IMG/VR virus record: IMGVR_UViG_3300044825_002279
Coordinates: 345-64,344 of that record
DNA: 64,000 nucleotides
Source: a virus
Taxonomy: Duplodnaviria > Caudoviricetes
Reading direction: 5' to 3' (one strand)
In this document: positions 17,897 through 27,694 of the stretch, in pieces
Layout of the letters: each line of letters opens with the position of its first letter
Numbering within the stretch: the stretch's first letter is position 1
Program-made: the position numbers and the translations under genes
The notes under the pieces: model-generated
What the model was told of the DNA's origin: nothing
The model's input: the letters and a program-made list of their open reading frames with translations, nothing else
Database searches by the model: none

Positions 17897-19525
17897 GTGC
17901 CCGCCGCCACCGCCCCCCGCCAGATCGAGATCCCGCCGCTCCGCCCGGCCTGCCCGCACCTGTTCGGCCCGGACGGCGAGATCGACCGCACCCTGCTGCG
18001 GGCCGAGCGCGAGCGCCGGCTGCGGGTCTACCAACTGGGCGCCGCCGAGCCACGATTCGCCGCCCGCTGCATCGTCCAGTGCCGCGCCGACCCGCTCTGG
18101 TTCTTCGACAACTTCGCCTCGACGTTCGATCCGCGGATCAAGCTCACGGTGCCGATGATCCTGTGGCCCAAGCAGCGGGACTACGTGACCTGGGTCCTGG
18201 AGCGAATCGCCGAGGCGCAGGACTTCGTCACCGAGAAGAGCCGCGACGTGGGCGTGACCTACATGCACGTCGGGATCGCGGTCTGGTGCTGGCGATTCGA
18301 CGACGGCTTCAAGACCACGTTCTGCGCCAACAAGCTCGACCTCGTGGACGTCAGGGGCAACCCGGACAGCATCTTCGAGAAGATCCGGGCGCTGATCCGC
18401 GGCCTGCCCAAGTGGCTGCTGCCCGAGGGCTGGAACCGGGCCAAGCACGACCGCGAGGCCCTGATCCTCAACCCCCAGAACGGCAACGTGATCTCCGGCG
18501 AGGGCGGCGACAACGCTGGTCGCGGCGGCAGGTCTAGCTTGTACGTGGTCGACGAGGCAGCCCACGTTGAGCGGGCCGACCGGGTCAATGCCGCGACCTC
18601 GGCCAATGCCCGCTCGCGGGGCTGGACCTCCTCGGTGAACGGCAACGGCAACCTGTTCTACCGCCTGGCGCACGGCGGCGACGTCGGGGTGTTCCGGTTC
18701 CACTGGCGGGACGACCCCCGCAAAAACGACGCCTGGGCGGCCAAGAAGCGGCGCGACCTGACCCCCGTCGTGTTCGCCCAGGAGTACGATCTCGACTATG
18801 GGGCCTCGATCGCCGGGCTGGTGATCCCCATGCCGTGGGTCGACGCGGCGCGCGAGCTCTACCGCCGGCTCGGCGACCAGATCGCGACGTTCCGCGCAGC
18901 CAAGGGTGTCGCCGGTGTCGACGTCGGCGGCGGCAAGGCCGAATCCGTGGTGGTGGTCAAGCACGGGCCGGTGCTCGGCATGCCGCATGCCCGGGTCGAC
19001 CAGGACGGCGTCAACATGGCCTACTGGGCGCTCGACATCGCCAAGGCCGAGAACGCGGGGCTGCTCAACTACGACGCGCCCGGCATCGGCTACCACATCG
19101 GGGCCATCCTGCAGCGCGCCGAGGGCTCGGACGTCCGGGTCCGGGGTGTCAACACCGGCGAGCCGCCGACCGACGTGGTCTGGCCCGACGAGCGGACCAG
19201 CCGTGACAAGTTCGCGAACCTCAAGGCCGAGCTGTGGTGGCGGGCCCGCGAGGCGTTCAACCGCTCATGGCTGCATCTTCGGCATTTGGACGGCGATCCC
19301 GAGGGTATCGAGTACCCCGCCAACGAGGTGATCCTGATGGCCGACGATACCGAGCTCGCCCGGCAGCTCAGCACCCCGCGGTACTTCCGGACGGAGCGCG
19401 GCAAGATCATGATCGAGACCAAGGACCAGCTCCGCTCGCGCGGGATTGCCAGCCCCGATCGGGCCGACGCCGCGGTCCTGGCGTTCCACGACGGCACCGG
19501 CGTCCTGTTCTACATCGGGGCCTGA
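17897..19525 (+). CDS. terL: Terminase large subunit
   Basis: EKSRDVGVT Walker A, GRGGR, VVDEAAH, GVDVG, SPDRADA. Confidence 0.9.
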   Translation: MPAATAPRQIEIPPLRPACPHLFGPDGEIDRTLLRAERERRLRVYQLGAAEPRFAARCIVQCRADPLWFFDNFASTFDPRIKLTVPMILWPKQRDYVTWVLERIAEAQDFVTEKSRDVGVTYMHVGIAVWCWRFDDGFKTTFCANKLDLVDVRGNPDSIFEKIRALIRGLPKWLLPEGWNRAKHDREALILNPQNGNVISGEGGDNAGRGGRSSLYVVDEAAHVERADRVNAATSANARSRGWTSSVNGNGNLFYRLAHGGDVGVFRFHWRDDPRKNDAWAAKKRRDLTPVVFAQEYDLDYGASIAGLVIPMPWVDAARELYRRLGDQIATFRAAKGVAGVDVGGGKAESVVVVKHGPVLGMPHARVDQDGVNMAYWALDIAKAENAGLLNYDAPGIGYHIGAILQRAEGSDVRVRGVNTGEPPTDVVWPDERTSRDKFANLKAELWWRAREAFNRSWLHLRHLDGDPEGIEYPANEVILMADDTELARQLSTPRYFRTERGKIMIETKDQLRSRGIASPDRADAAVLAFHDGTGVLFYIGA

Positions 19526-19527
19526 CG

Positions 19528-21804
19528 ATGCGGGCCACGTCGCGGGGCGGCAAGGTCCGGCGCGGCATCCCGGCCGCCTGGCCCGGCGCCAGGCCGGAGC
19601 GCAAGGTCTCGGCCGTAGGGCCGATGATCGCCCAGTTCGCGGCCGGCCAGCCCCAGTTCACGCCCCGGCGCTACGACCGCCTGGCCGACGAGGCCTACAC
19701 CCGCAACGTCATCGCCTACCAGTGCGTGCGGCTGATCTCCGATGCCGTGGCGTCGCTCCGGTGGTCGCTATTCCGCGGCGAGCAGGAGATCGAGAAGCAC
19801 CCGATCGTCGACCTGATCCAGCGCCAGAACCCCATGACCCGCGGGGCTCGGTGGTGGCGCGAGCTCGTGGCCTACCATCTCCTGGCCGGCAACGCCTACG
19901 TCGAGGCCGTGACCGGGCTGCGCGACAACGCCCCGCCGTCCGAGCTGTGGAACCTGCGGCCCGACCGGGTCAAGGTGATCCCCGGCGACCAGGGCATGCC
20001 CAAGGCCTACCGGTACGAGGTCAACGGCCAGACCCACGACTTCCCGGTCGACCCCGTCAAGGGTGCGGGCCGGCTGCTGCACATCCGCGAGTTCCACCCG
20101 CTCAACGACTGGTACGGGTTCAGCCCGGTCGAGGCCGCGGCCCGCTACGTCGACATGGACAACGCGGCCAGCGACCAGAACATCCGCCAGCTGCAGAACG
20201 GTGCGAGCCCCTCGGGGCTCATGATCTTCAAGAACAAGCTCGAGGCCGACCAGATCGCCCAGGCCGAGGCCAAGGTCCGGGAGAAGCTGTCCGGCACCGA
20301 CAATGCCGGCCGGGTCCTGGTCCTGGGCGGCGACTGGGACTTCAAGCGGATCTCCGAGACCAACGTCGACATGCAGTGGCTCGACGGCCTCTCGGAATCG
20401 GCGCGCCGCATCTGCGCCGCGTGGAATGTGCCGCACATCCTCGTCGTCGCCGGCGAGAGCACGTACAACAACCGCGAGAATGCCCGGGTCGAGCTGTGGC
20501 TGCACTGTGTGCTGCCCTACGTCGACATGCTGCTGGGCGACCTCAACCCGTGGCTGTCCGACCTGTTCGGCGACGAGATCCAGCTCCGCTACGACCGGCA
20601 GGCGATCACCGCCCTGGAGCCGGTCCGGCGCGCCACCCGCGAGCAGTCCAGGGCCGACTACCAGGCGCGCCTGATCACGCTCAACGAAGCCCGGGCCGAG
20701 ATCGACTACGGCGAGATGCCGGACGGGGACCAGCTGGCGCCGCAGGTCGAGGCCGGCGTGGCGCGCGGTGTGGCCGAGCACGGCCTGTCTCTGGACCAGG
20801 ATCGGGCCGAGAAGGATTTCGAGCGCACCACCCGGCGGGCCGAACTGAACGCCCAGCGCGAGGAGGCCCGGGCCGCGGCGGCACGCCAGCAGGTCCTCGA
20901 AGACGGCCAGACGGCCCACGAGCGGGCCCTGGACCTGGAGAAACTCCGGGCGGCGCGCAAGGCCGAGGAGATGGGCGAGGGCTGGGCCGTGGTCCGGCAT
21001 CTCGTCAAGGCGGCCGACGCTGGCGATCTGGAGCGCAAGATCGAGCCCGGCGACTATGCCGACCTCCCGGGCGGGCTGCCCGACGACGCCCTGGCGGAAG
21101 CGACCCGGCAGGCGCTCCAGGACATCGTGCGCGATTTCGGGCAGAAGACCTTCCAGGAGATCGGGCTCGACATCGGGTTCGACATCGCCAACCCGGCGGT
21201 GCAGGACTTCCTCGAGGAGTTCGCGGGCGAGCGGATCCGCGATATGGTGGGCGCCACCACGCGGCGCGAGCTCGGCGAGGCCCTGGCCAAGGTGACCCGC
21301 GAGGGCCCGACATTCTCCAAGCTCACCCGGGCCGTCATGGACGTGTTCGAGCGTGCCGACCGCGAGCGTGCCGAGGTGATCGCCCGGACCGAGACCACGC
21401 GGGCCGCCGGGTTCGGCTCGCAGCGGGCCATGGAGCTGGGGAACGTCGAGCGGAAGACCTGGATTTCGTCGCGGGATAATTTCGTTCGTGAGCAGCATGC
21501 GGAGTTGGATGGTCAGACCGTGCCAGCCACCGAGCCCTTCAACTGGGAGGGCAACGAGGCGATGTACCCCGGCGGGTTCAGCAAGGCCGCGCTCTCGGTG
21601 AATTGCCGCTGCATAGCCGTGGCGATCCCCGACGAGAAGGCCGCCGAGGCCCTTTCGACCAAGGATGCCCGGGCCGAGGCGTGGTCGCTGAAGGACAACC
21701 TGCTGCTGCACCACGAGCGGATCCTGACCGCGGCGCTGCGCGAGGGGTTCGCGCGGCAGATGCGGGCGGTGCTCACCGGGCTCGGGGATCGGCTCGCGTC
21801 GTGA
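19528..21804 (+). CDS. HK97-type portal fused to a Mu gpF/SPP1 gp7-like head morphogenesis domain
   Basis: GNAY, LRPDRV, HPLNDWYGFSP, ITLNEAR, then IARTET...KTW...VREQH..LDG...NCRC with no stop between. Confidence 0.85.
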   Translation: MRATSRGGKVRRGIPAAWPGARPERKVSAVGPMIAQFAAGQPQFTPRRYDRLADEAYTRNVIAYQCVRLISDAVASLRWSLFRGEQEIEKHPIVDLIQRQNPMTRGARWWRELVAYHLLAGNAYVEAVTGLRDNAPPSELWNLRPDRVKVIPGDQGMPKAYRYEVNGQTHDFPVDPVKGAGRLLHIREFHPLNDWYGFSPVEAAARYVDMDNAASDQNIRQLQNGASPSGLMIFKNKLEADQIAQAEAKVREKLSGTDNAGRVLVLGGDWDFKRISETNVDMQWLDGLSESARRICAAWNVPHILVVAGESTYNNRENARVELWLHCVLPYVDMLLGDLNPWLSDLFGDEIQLRYDRQAITALEPVRRATREQSRADYQARLITLNEARAEIDYGEMPDGDQLAPQVEAGVARGVAEHGLSLDQDRAEKDFERTTRRAELNAQREEARAAAARQQVLEDGQTAHERALDLEKLRAARKAEEMGEGWAVVRHLVKAADAGDLERKIEPGDYADLPGGLPDDALAEATRQALQDIVRDFGQKTFQEIGLDIGFDIANPAVQDFLEEFAGERIRDMVGATTRRELGEALAKVTREGPTFSKLTRAVMDVFERADRERAEVIARTETTRAAGFGSQRAMELGNVERKTWISSRDNFVREQHAELDGQTVPATEPFNWEGNEAMYPGGFSKAALSVNCRCIAVAIPDEKAAEALSTKDARAEAWSLKDNLLLHHERILTAALREGFARQMRAVLTGLGDRLAS

Positions 21805-22028
21805 TCATCGAATGGACCACCTACCCGGTCCACGACCGTGCCGGCCGCTTGCTCGGCCACCTCACGGTGCTGCACCCCTCCGACGGCGAGATCGTCCACA
21901 AGGTCTGGGGCGAGCCCGGCCGCACTGAGTGCCGCTCGCGGTTCGATCCGGTGCGGCGGTGCTATGTGGTGGACGAGGGATTTCCGCTGGGCAGGTTGCC
22001 GACGTTCGAGGCGGCGCGGCGCCAGTAG
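21801..22028 (+). CDS. Hypothetical protein
   Basis: GTGA overlap with the portal stop; 75 aa. Confidence 0.5.
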   Translation: MIIEWTTYPVHDRAGRLLGHLTVLHPSDGEIVHKVWGEPGRTECRSRFDPVRRCYVVDEGFPLGRLPTFEAARRQ

Positions 22029-22214
22029 ACGGTCGCGGCGGGCAAGCAATCCGTTCGGTTTCCCCAGTGGAGGGAAGCGGGGGAGGGGTCGGCCCCTACA
22101 GCAGCCAGCCGAACCGCATGCGGCGCCTCAGCAGTGCCATGACCGATGGGGGAAGTAGCGTTGGCGGGCGCTTGATGTAGCTGCGCCGCCGCTTCCGGTT
22201 CGCCAATGCGAGCT

Positions 22215-22448
22215 TCATTGAGACGCGTGCCCCACCGGGATCCCAAACAGGCCGAAGACCGCCAGGGTCAAGACCACAGCCGCGACCGCCATCACTCCGG
22301 CCGGCACGCCGAGCAGCAGCGCCGCGATCGCGCCGACCAGGCCGGTGAGGCTCAGAACGGCGAGCACTCCGGGCCAGATTGTCCGCGCAGGTTCGCCCGA
22401 AGGCATCGGGAAGCGCCGCAGCCATTCATGGAGCATCAAGGGGCGCAT
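22215..22448 (-). CDS. Small two-TM membrane protein (opposite-strand moron)
   Basis: AGGAG RBS; two hydrophobic helices; antisense to the head operon. Confidence 0.6.
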   Translation of the reverse strand: MRPLMLHEWLRRFPMPSGEPARTIWPGVLAVLSLTGLVGAIAALLLGVPAGVMAVAAVVLTLAVFGLFGIPVGHASQ

Positions 22449-22753
22449 TGGGTACTCCTGAGGGTTCGCCGCCGGCCGGGCGCTACTCCGGCTCGGATCG
22501 CATTCGTCAGGGGCGAGCCGTACGGCTACCGGTCTGACAACAGGCGGGTTGCTTGGCCCACGGCGATCAACCCGTGGCGCTACCCCTGGCCTCGATCCGC
22601 TGGTTCCGCGCGTGTCTGCTCTCCACGCCGCGGCGGCCCCGCTTTGTAACACTTCGCCGTCCGTTTGTAACGCGTCCGGGCCCGACACTTTCGGCATACC
22701 CCGCCGCACGCCTCGCCTAGCGCTCGCTCCGTGCCCCGTCATGGAGTCGCGCC

Positions 22754-23455
22754 TTGTCCCTCGAGGTCAAGTTTCTCTCGATCGCGGAATCCGGCCTCGC
22801 CCTGAAGTCCGAGGACGGCGAGCCCGTGCGGATCGAGGGCTATGCCTCCACGTTCGGCGGCAAGCCCGACAGCTACGGCGACACCATCGTCAAGGGTGCG
22901 TTCACCAAGACGATCCAGGACTGGGGCAAGCGCAAGTATCGGCTCCCGATGCTGCTCGATCACTACAGCGCGCCCATCGGGCTCTGGACCGAACTGCGTG
23001 AAGACAATCGCGGCCTGTGGGCCAAGGGCGAGCTGACGCCGGGCCACACCCTGGCCTGTGACGTGGCCGCCAGCCTGAAGCACGGGGCCGTCTCGGGCCT
23101 GAGCATCGGCTACCGGCCGATCAAGTATACCATGCTGGACAACGGGCAGCGCCGGCAGCTCGACGAGATCGAGCTCGGCGAGATCTCCGTGGTCGGGCGC
23201 CCCGCCAACGATGCCGCTCGGGTCGAGCGGGTCAAGGCGGCCGAGTGCCAGACCGTGCGGGAACTGGAGCAATGGCTGCGTGAGCGCGGCCTGTCGCACT
23301 GGCAGGCCAAGCTGCTCTGCGCCGGCGGATTCGACGCCCTCAAGCAGGCTCGGGACGAGCGGCAAGAGGGCGCAAACGGCAACGATGACCCTCGGGACGA
23401 GGGGGCGGCGGCCGGTGAGTTCCTGGAGGCCCTGCGGGCGCTCCGGGTGGCTTGA
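22754..23455 (+). CDS. HK97-family prohead protease
   Basis: IEGYASTFG, GLSIGY, EISVV..PAN. Confidence 0.9.
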   Translation: MSLEVKFLSIAESGLALKSEDGEPVRIEGYASTFGGKPDSYGDTIVKGAFTKTIQDWGKRKYRLPMLLDHYSAPIGLWTELREDNRGLWAKGELTPGHTLACDVAASLKHGAVSGLSIGYRPIKYTMLDNGQRRQLDEIELGEISVVGRPANDAARVERVKAAECQTVRELEQWLRERGLSHWQAKLLCAGGFDALKQARDERQEGANGNDDPRDEGAAAGEFLEALRALRVA

Positions 23456-23480
23456 ACCCCTATCTAACGGATTCCGACAG

Positions 23481-24869
23481 ATGACGGACCTGACCGAGGT
23501 CGCCGCAGAGGTCAAGCGCGAGATCGCGCGGATCGGCGACGACACCAAGAAGCTTCACGACACGTTCCAGCGCGACCTCAAGGCCGCCCGCGACCTCGCC
23601 GAGGAAGGCAAGGCCGACGCCGGCGCGGTCAAGGCGCTCCTCGAGAGTGCGACGACCAAGTTCGAGACCCTGGAGGCCAAGCAGCGCGAGAGCGAGGCCC
23701 GGGTGCTCTCCGAGGTCGACAAGGTGGGCGCCGCCCTGCGCCGCGTGCACCAGGGCGACCGCAGCGTCGACCTGCCCAAGGCCACGCACCTCGAGGCCCT
23801 GGAGTTCAAGAAGGCCGCGATGTCGGTCCGGGACGAGGCCAAGGCCCAGTCGTTCCGAACCCTGCAGCTGGGCGACGGCGACGTCGAGCGCTACGCCGAG
23901 TACTGCAAGGCGTTCGAGACCCTGTGCCGCAAGGGCGAAAAGTCCCTCAGCTCCGAGGAATACAAGGCCCTCACGACCGGGTCCGACCCGAACGGCGGCT
24001 ACGTGGTCCCGGCCGCGATGTCGCAGCGGATCATGACGATCGTCTACGAGACCTCGCCGATGGACACCATCGCGACGGTCGAGACCATCGGCACCGACCG
24101 CCTGGAGATCCCGATCGACGAGGGCGAGGGCGCCTGCGGCTGGGTCGGCGAAGAGGAGAGCCGGGCCGAGACCGGCACCGCCACGTTCGGCGTCCAGGTG
24201 ATCCCCGTCCACGAGATCTACGCCAAGCCCCGGGCGACGCAGCGCGTCCTCGAGGACTCGAGCCTGGACCTCGAGGGCTGGCTCGCCCGCAAGAACGGCG
24301 ACAAGATGGCCCGCACGGCCAACACGGCGTTCATCAGCGGGAACGGGGTCAAGAAGGCCCGCGGGCTGATGAGCTACACCAGCTCGGCCTCCGCGGCGTC
24401 GCGCGGCACGCCCATGCACTACGTCTCGGGTGCGGCAGCCCTGCTCACCCCGGACGTGATCAAGAACCTGCCGCTCAAGGCGCTCAAGGAGCCCTACCAC
24501 CCGAACGCCCGGTGGCTCATGAAGCGCGCCGCCCTGGCGGCGATCGCGATCTTCCGCGACGACAGCGGGGCCTCGGCCGGCACCGGCCAGTACCTCTGGA
24601 CCCCCGGCCTGCGGGACAACTCGATCCAGAGCCAGCTTGCCGGCTACCCGATCACCCTGGCCGACGACATGCCGGCCGTGGGCGCCGGTAACTTCCCGGT
24701 GGCGTTCGGCGACTTCCGGCAGGCCTACACGATCGTGCGGCGCCTGGGGATCACCACCCTGCGCGACCCGTACTCGGCCAAGCCCTTCGTGGAGTTCTAC
24801 AGCCGGATGCGGGTCGGGGCCGACGTCACGAATTTCGAGGCGTTCGTCCTGATCAAGTGCTCGACGTAA
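23481..24869 (+). CDS. HK97-fold major capsid protein
   Basis: Coiled-coil delta domain; GGYVVP, AFISGNG, FGDF..AY.IV. Confidence 0.92.
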   Translation: MTDLTEVAAEVKREIARIGDDTKKLHDTFQRDLKAARDLAEEGKADAGAVKALLESATTKFETLEAKQRESEARVLSEVDKVGAALRRVHQGDRSVDLPKATHLEALEFKKAAMSVRDEAKAQSFRTLQLGDGDVERYAEYCKAFETLCRKGEKSLSSEEYKALTTGSDPNGGYVVPAAMSQRIMTIVYETSPMDTIATVETIGTDRLEIPIDEGEGACGWVGEEESRAETGTATFGVQVIPVHEIYAKPRATQRVLEDSSLDLEGWLARKNGDKMARTANTAFISGNGVKKARGLMSYTSSASAASRGTPMHYVSGAAALLTPDVIKNLPLKALKEPYHPNARWLMKRAALAAIAIFRDDSGASAGTGQYLWTPGLRDNSIQSQLAGYPITLADDMPAVGAGNFPVAFGDFRQAYTIVRRLGITTLRDPYSAKPFVEFYSRMRVGADVTNFEAFVLIKCST

Positions 24870-24961
24870 CGGTCCGAGTGCTCGTCAAGTCCTCAGCAGT
24901 AGAGCGCGGCCGTGGGCAGGAAATGCCCCGGCCGCAACTCTAACCCCCACGGAGGCCCCCG

Positions 24962-25399
24962 ATGGCCATCAATCTCCACGAGCTGCACAACTCGATCAAG
25001 TACGAGCCGGGCTATGGCCCGGTCGCGACCGCAGTCGCCGACAACACCGCGATGGCGACCGCGATCATCGACACGCAGGGGTATCAGGCGGTCGAGTTCA
25101 TCATCCAGACGGGCACCCTGGCCGACGCGGATGCCACGTTCGCGGTCACGATCGCGCAGAGCGACGCCTCGAACATGGCCAGCCCCGAGGCGGTCCCGTC
25201 CGAGTGCCTCGTCGGCACCCTGGCGGCGGCGAGCTTCACCTTCGCGGCCGACGGCGTGGTCAAGACCATTGGCGTGGTGCCGTCCAAGGGCGCGGGCAAG
25301 CGGTACATCCAGCTGACCGTCACGCCCTCGGGTAACTCCGGTGCAGCGCCCATGGCAGTCGTCGTGGCCAAGTTGCCCCTGACGTACCCGGCCGCCTGA
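24962..25399 (+). CDS. Probable head decoration/structural protein
   Basis: Beta-rich 145 aa directly after the capsid gene; GGAGG RBS. Confidence 0.65.
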   Translation: MAINLHELHNSIKYEPGYGPVATAVADNTAMATAIIDTQGYQAVEFIIQTGTLADADATFAVTIAQSDASNMASPEAVPSECLVGTLAAASFTFAADGVVKTIGVVPSKGAGKRYIQLTVTPSGNSGAAPMAVVVAKLPLTYPAA

Positions 25400-25462
25400 C
25401 CACTTGGTTCGTGATGCGGCGGGGTGGGCCTCAAGCTCGCCCCGCCGGCATGGGAGACCGCC

Positions 25463-25753
25463 ATGGCGGCTGTGATCGCTCTTCGTCGGTTCGGCTATGC
25501 CGGTGACGCCCTGGGGCTCACCACGCTCTACGTCGAGCCCGGGCAGGAGTTCGACCTCCCGGACGACATGGTCCCGAGCCTCATGGCCGAGGGCTACGTC
25601 GCCCCCGCGGGCCGGATGGCCGACACCATGGCGCCCCCGCTGGAGACCAAGCCCGAGCCTGCGCCGCTCGCGACCCAGGACCCCGAGGGGCTGGTGACGC
25701 CGGCGGCCGAGCCGCTGGAGACCAAGCCGGCGCCGCGCCGCAGGAAGGCCTGA
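25463..25753 (+). CDS. Hypothetical head-associated protein
   Basis: GGGAG RBS; repeated LETKP; typical position after the capsid gene. Confidence 0.65.
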   Translation: MAAVIALRRFGYAGDALGLTTLYVEPGQEFDLPDDMVPSLMAEGYVAPAGRMADTMAPPLETKPEPAPLATQDPEGLVTPAAEPLETKPAPRRRKA

Positions 25754-25754
25754 C

Positions 25755-25991
25755 ATGCGGATCGCAGCCATGGCGGCCATGCTGGCGGTAGCCCACGGGA
25801 CGGCGATGGCCGGCGACCGTGATCAGGTCCGCGACGGCTCGTGGCGGGACCGGACCACCGACACCAGCCGCTCGCTCGACGCCCGCGCCGCCGAGGCCCT
25901 GGCCTGGAGCCGCACCGCCGAGGGCCAGCGCGCCGGGTGCGGGTGCTCGCCCGATCGCAGCAACGGCCAAGCGGACGCGGCGGGGTTCTGA
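25755..25991 (+). CDS. Small exported hypothetical protein
   Basis: Signal-peptide-like N-terminus; TGATG coupling. Confidence 0.55.
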   Translation: MRIAAMAAMLAVAHGTAMAGDRDQVRDGSWRDRTTDTSRSLDARAAEALAWSRTAEGQRAGCGCSPDRSNGQADAAGF

Positions 25992-26113
25992 TGCTCACCC
26001 GCTACGTGCCCGTGGAGTCGTGGCTGCTGGCCCTCGCAGACGGCTGGCGCCTCCCGCTCGTGCCCGACACCAACCCGACCGGGCATAGCGTGCTCATGTG
26101 GAGGTGGGCGTGA
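25991..26113 (+). CDS. 40-aa protein coupled to the methyltransferase gene
   Basis: TGATG and GTGA overlaps at both ends; paralog at 17332-17478. Confidence 0.55.
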   Translation: MLTRYVPVESWLLALADGWRLPLVPDTNPTGHSVLMWRWA

Positions 26114-26760
26114 GGGTCGAGACCATCGGCGACGCGACCCTGTATCTCGGCGACTGCCGCGATGTGCTCCCGACGCTGGGGTTCGGCTACGCGCTGATTA
26201 CCGATCCACCCTATGGCCTGGGCGACCTTTGGCAAGGCGGCAAGGTCAAGTGGCGGCTGCACCATGGCAAGGTCGATTGGGACGCTGATGCTGTGCTTGG
26301 CTTGGCCGAGCTAGTTCTGCCCCACGCCGACAAGGCGATCATCTGGGGCGGGCATCTGTACGACCTGCCCAATGGGCGCGGCTGGCTCATCTGGGACAAG
26401 ATCGTCCGCGAGTTCACGTCCGGGCATTGCGAACTAGCGTGGACTAATCTCGACCAGCCGGTGCGCGCGTTTAGCTATTCGCATGGGGCGCTGGCAACCG
26501 AGGGTAAGGTTCACCCGACGCAGAAGCCGGTCCCGCTCATGGAGTGGTGCGTCGAGTTCACGAGCGGCACCGTGCTCGACCCGTTCTGCGGCGCGGGCTC
26601 GACCGGCGTCGCGTGCGCCAATCTTGGCCGCCGGTTCATCGGCATCGAGCGCGAGGTCGAGTGGTTCGACCACGCCTGCCGCCGTATCGAGGCCGCCTAC
26701 CGCCAACCCAGCCTCTTCACCGAGCCCGTCGCCCGCCCCGTGCAGGAGGCCATGCTGTGA
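26110..26760 (+). CDS. Orphan amino (N4C/N6A) DNA methyltransferase
   Basis: GDC, ITDPPYG, HPTQKP, DPFCGAGSTG. Confidence 0.88.
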   Translation: MRVETIGDATLYLGDCRDVLPTLGFGYALITDPPYGLGDLWQGGKVKWRLHHGKVDWDADAVLGLAELVLPHADKAIIWGGHLYDLPNGRGWLIWDKIVREFTSGHCELAWTNLDQPVRAFSYSHGALATEGKVHPTQKPVPLMEWCVEFTSGTVLDPFCGAGSTGVACANLGRRFIGIEREVEWFDHACRRIEAAYRQPSLFTEPVARPVQEAML

Positions 26761-26915
26761 GCGGCCTCGTCGTTTGCCTCGCCCTGGCGTGCTTCGCCCT
26801 CTCGTTCGCGGCCCTCGGCGCTGGGGATGTCGCGACGTGGGGCTGGTGCATGGCGATGGCCGGGGCGCTGGCGGGGTGGGTGTACTACGGCGGCATCGAG
26901 GAGCGCGGGGTATGA
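26757..26915 (+). CDS. Small two-TM protein
   Basis: 52 aa, hydrophobic; AGGAGG RBS. Confidence 0.5.
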   Translation: MSGLVVCLALACFALSFAALGAGDVATWGWCMAMAGALAGWVYYGGIEERGV

Positions 26916-27015
26916 GCCGCGCCGGGTGGACGCCCGAATGGCTGGCCGAACACCTCGCCGGGAAGGTGGCGCAGGTCGAGCAGCGACCCGAGGCGCAGCC
27001 GGCTTCTGACCCCTG

Positions 27016-27693
27016 ATGGCCATCATCTCGACCACCACGGCGGCGACGCGGCGCAGCCTCACGACGGCCGAGCGCTACCGCGAGCTGATGCCCGCGACCG
27101 ACGCCCTGGAGGCCAAGCTCGAATCCCTGATCGGGCAGGCGACCGCCGCGATCGAGCGCTACCTCGGCCGCATCGTCGCCCGCGAGCGCGTCACGGAGCG
27201 GCTGCGCCTCGACGCCTCGACGGTGTGCTGCGTCCTGGAGCGCCGGCCCGTGGTGACGATCCACGCCGTCACGGTCGAGGGCCAGGCGCTCGACGCCACC
27301 CGGTACCGGGTCGAGAACCCCTCGGCGGGGCTGCTGCGCCTGGAGGGCTCTGGCCCCAACGCGCTGTGGGACGAGCTGGTCGGCCAGTACGGCCAGGGTG
27401 ACTACGGCTACCGCTCCGGCCCGCCGCGCACGCTGGTCTACGAGATCGACTACACGGCCGGCTTCGCGGTGCCGGGCCAGGGGATCGACCCGGTGACCCT
27501 GCCCGACGACCTAGAGGCCGCGTGCCAGCTGGCGGTGCGCGGCGTCCTGGAGCGGCAGGAGCGCAGCGCCGGCGTCGTGTCCGAGAAGCTCGGCGATGCC
27601 TCGTGGACCTATGCCCCCGCCGCGGTGACCGCCGGCCTGCTCACCGACGACGTCAAGGCCCTGATCGACCCCTATCGAAACGTGGCGCTCTGA
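27016..27693 (+). CDS. Head-tail connector (gp6/gp15-like)
   Basis: AIERYLGR, IDYTAGF, LPDDL, SEKLGDAS, LIDPYR. Confidence 0.8.
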   Translation: MAIISTTTAATRRSLTTAERYRELMPATDALEAKLESLIGQATAAIERYLGRIVARERVTERLRLDASTVCCVLERRPVVTIHAVTVEGQALDATRYRVENPSAGLLRLEGSGPNALWDELVGQYGQGDYGYRSGPPRTLVYEIDYTAGFAVPGQGIDPVTLPDDLEAACQLAVRGVLERQERSAGVVSEKLGDASWTYAPAAVTAGLLTDDVKALIDPYRNVAL

Positions 27694-27694
27694 G

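Noticed and set aside
24870-24960. Ribozyme or terminator at the strong hairpin after the capsid gene
   Set aside because: Hairpin GCGGCCG...CGGCCGC is real, but it has no U-tract and no complete hammerhead core; likely an mRNA stability or attenuation element
16065-26760. Restriction-modification system
   Set aside because: No cognate endonuclease next to either MTase; both look like orphan phage MTases
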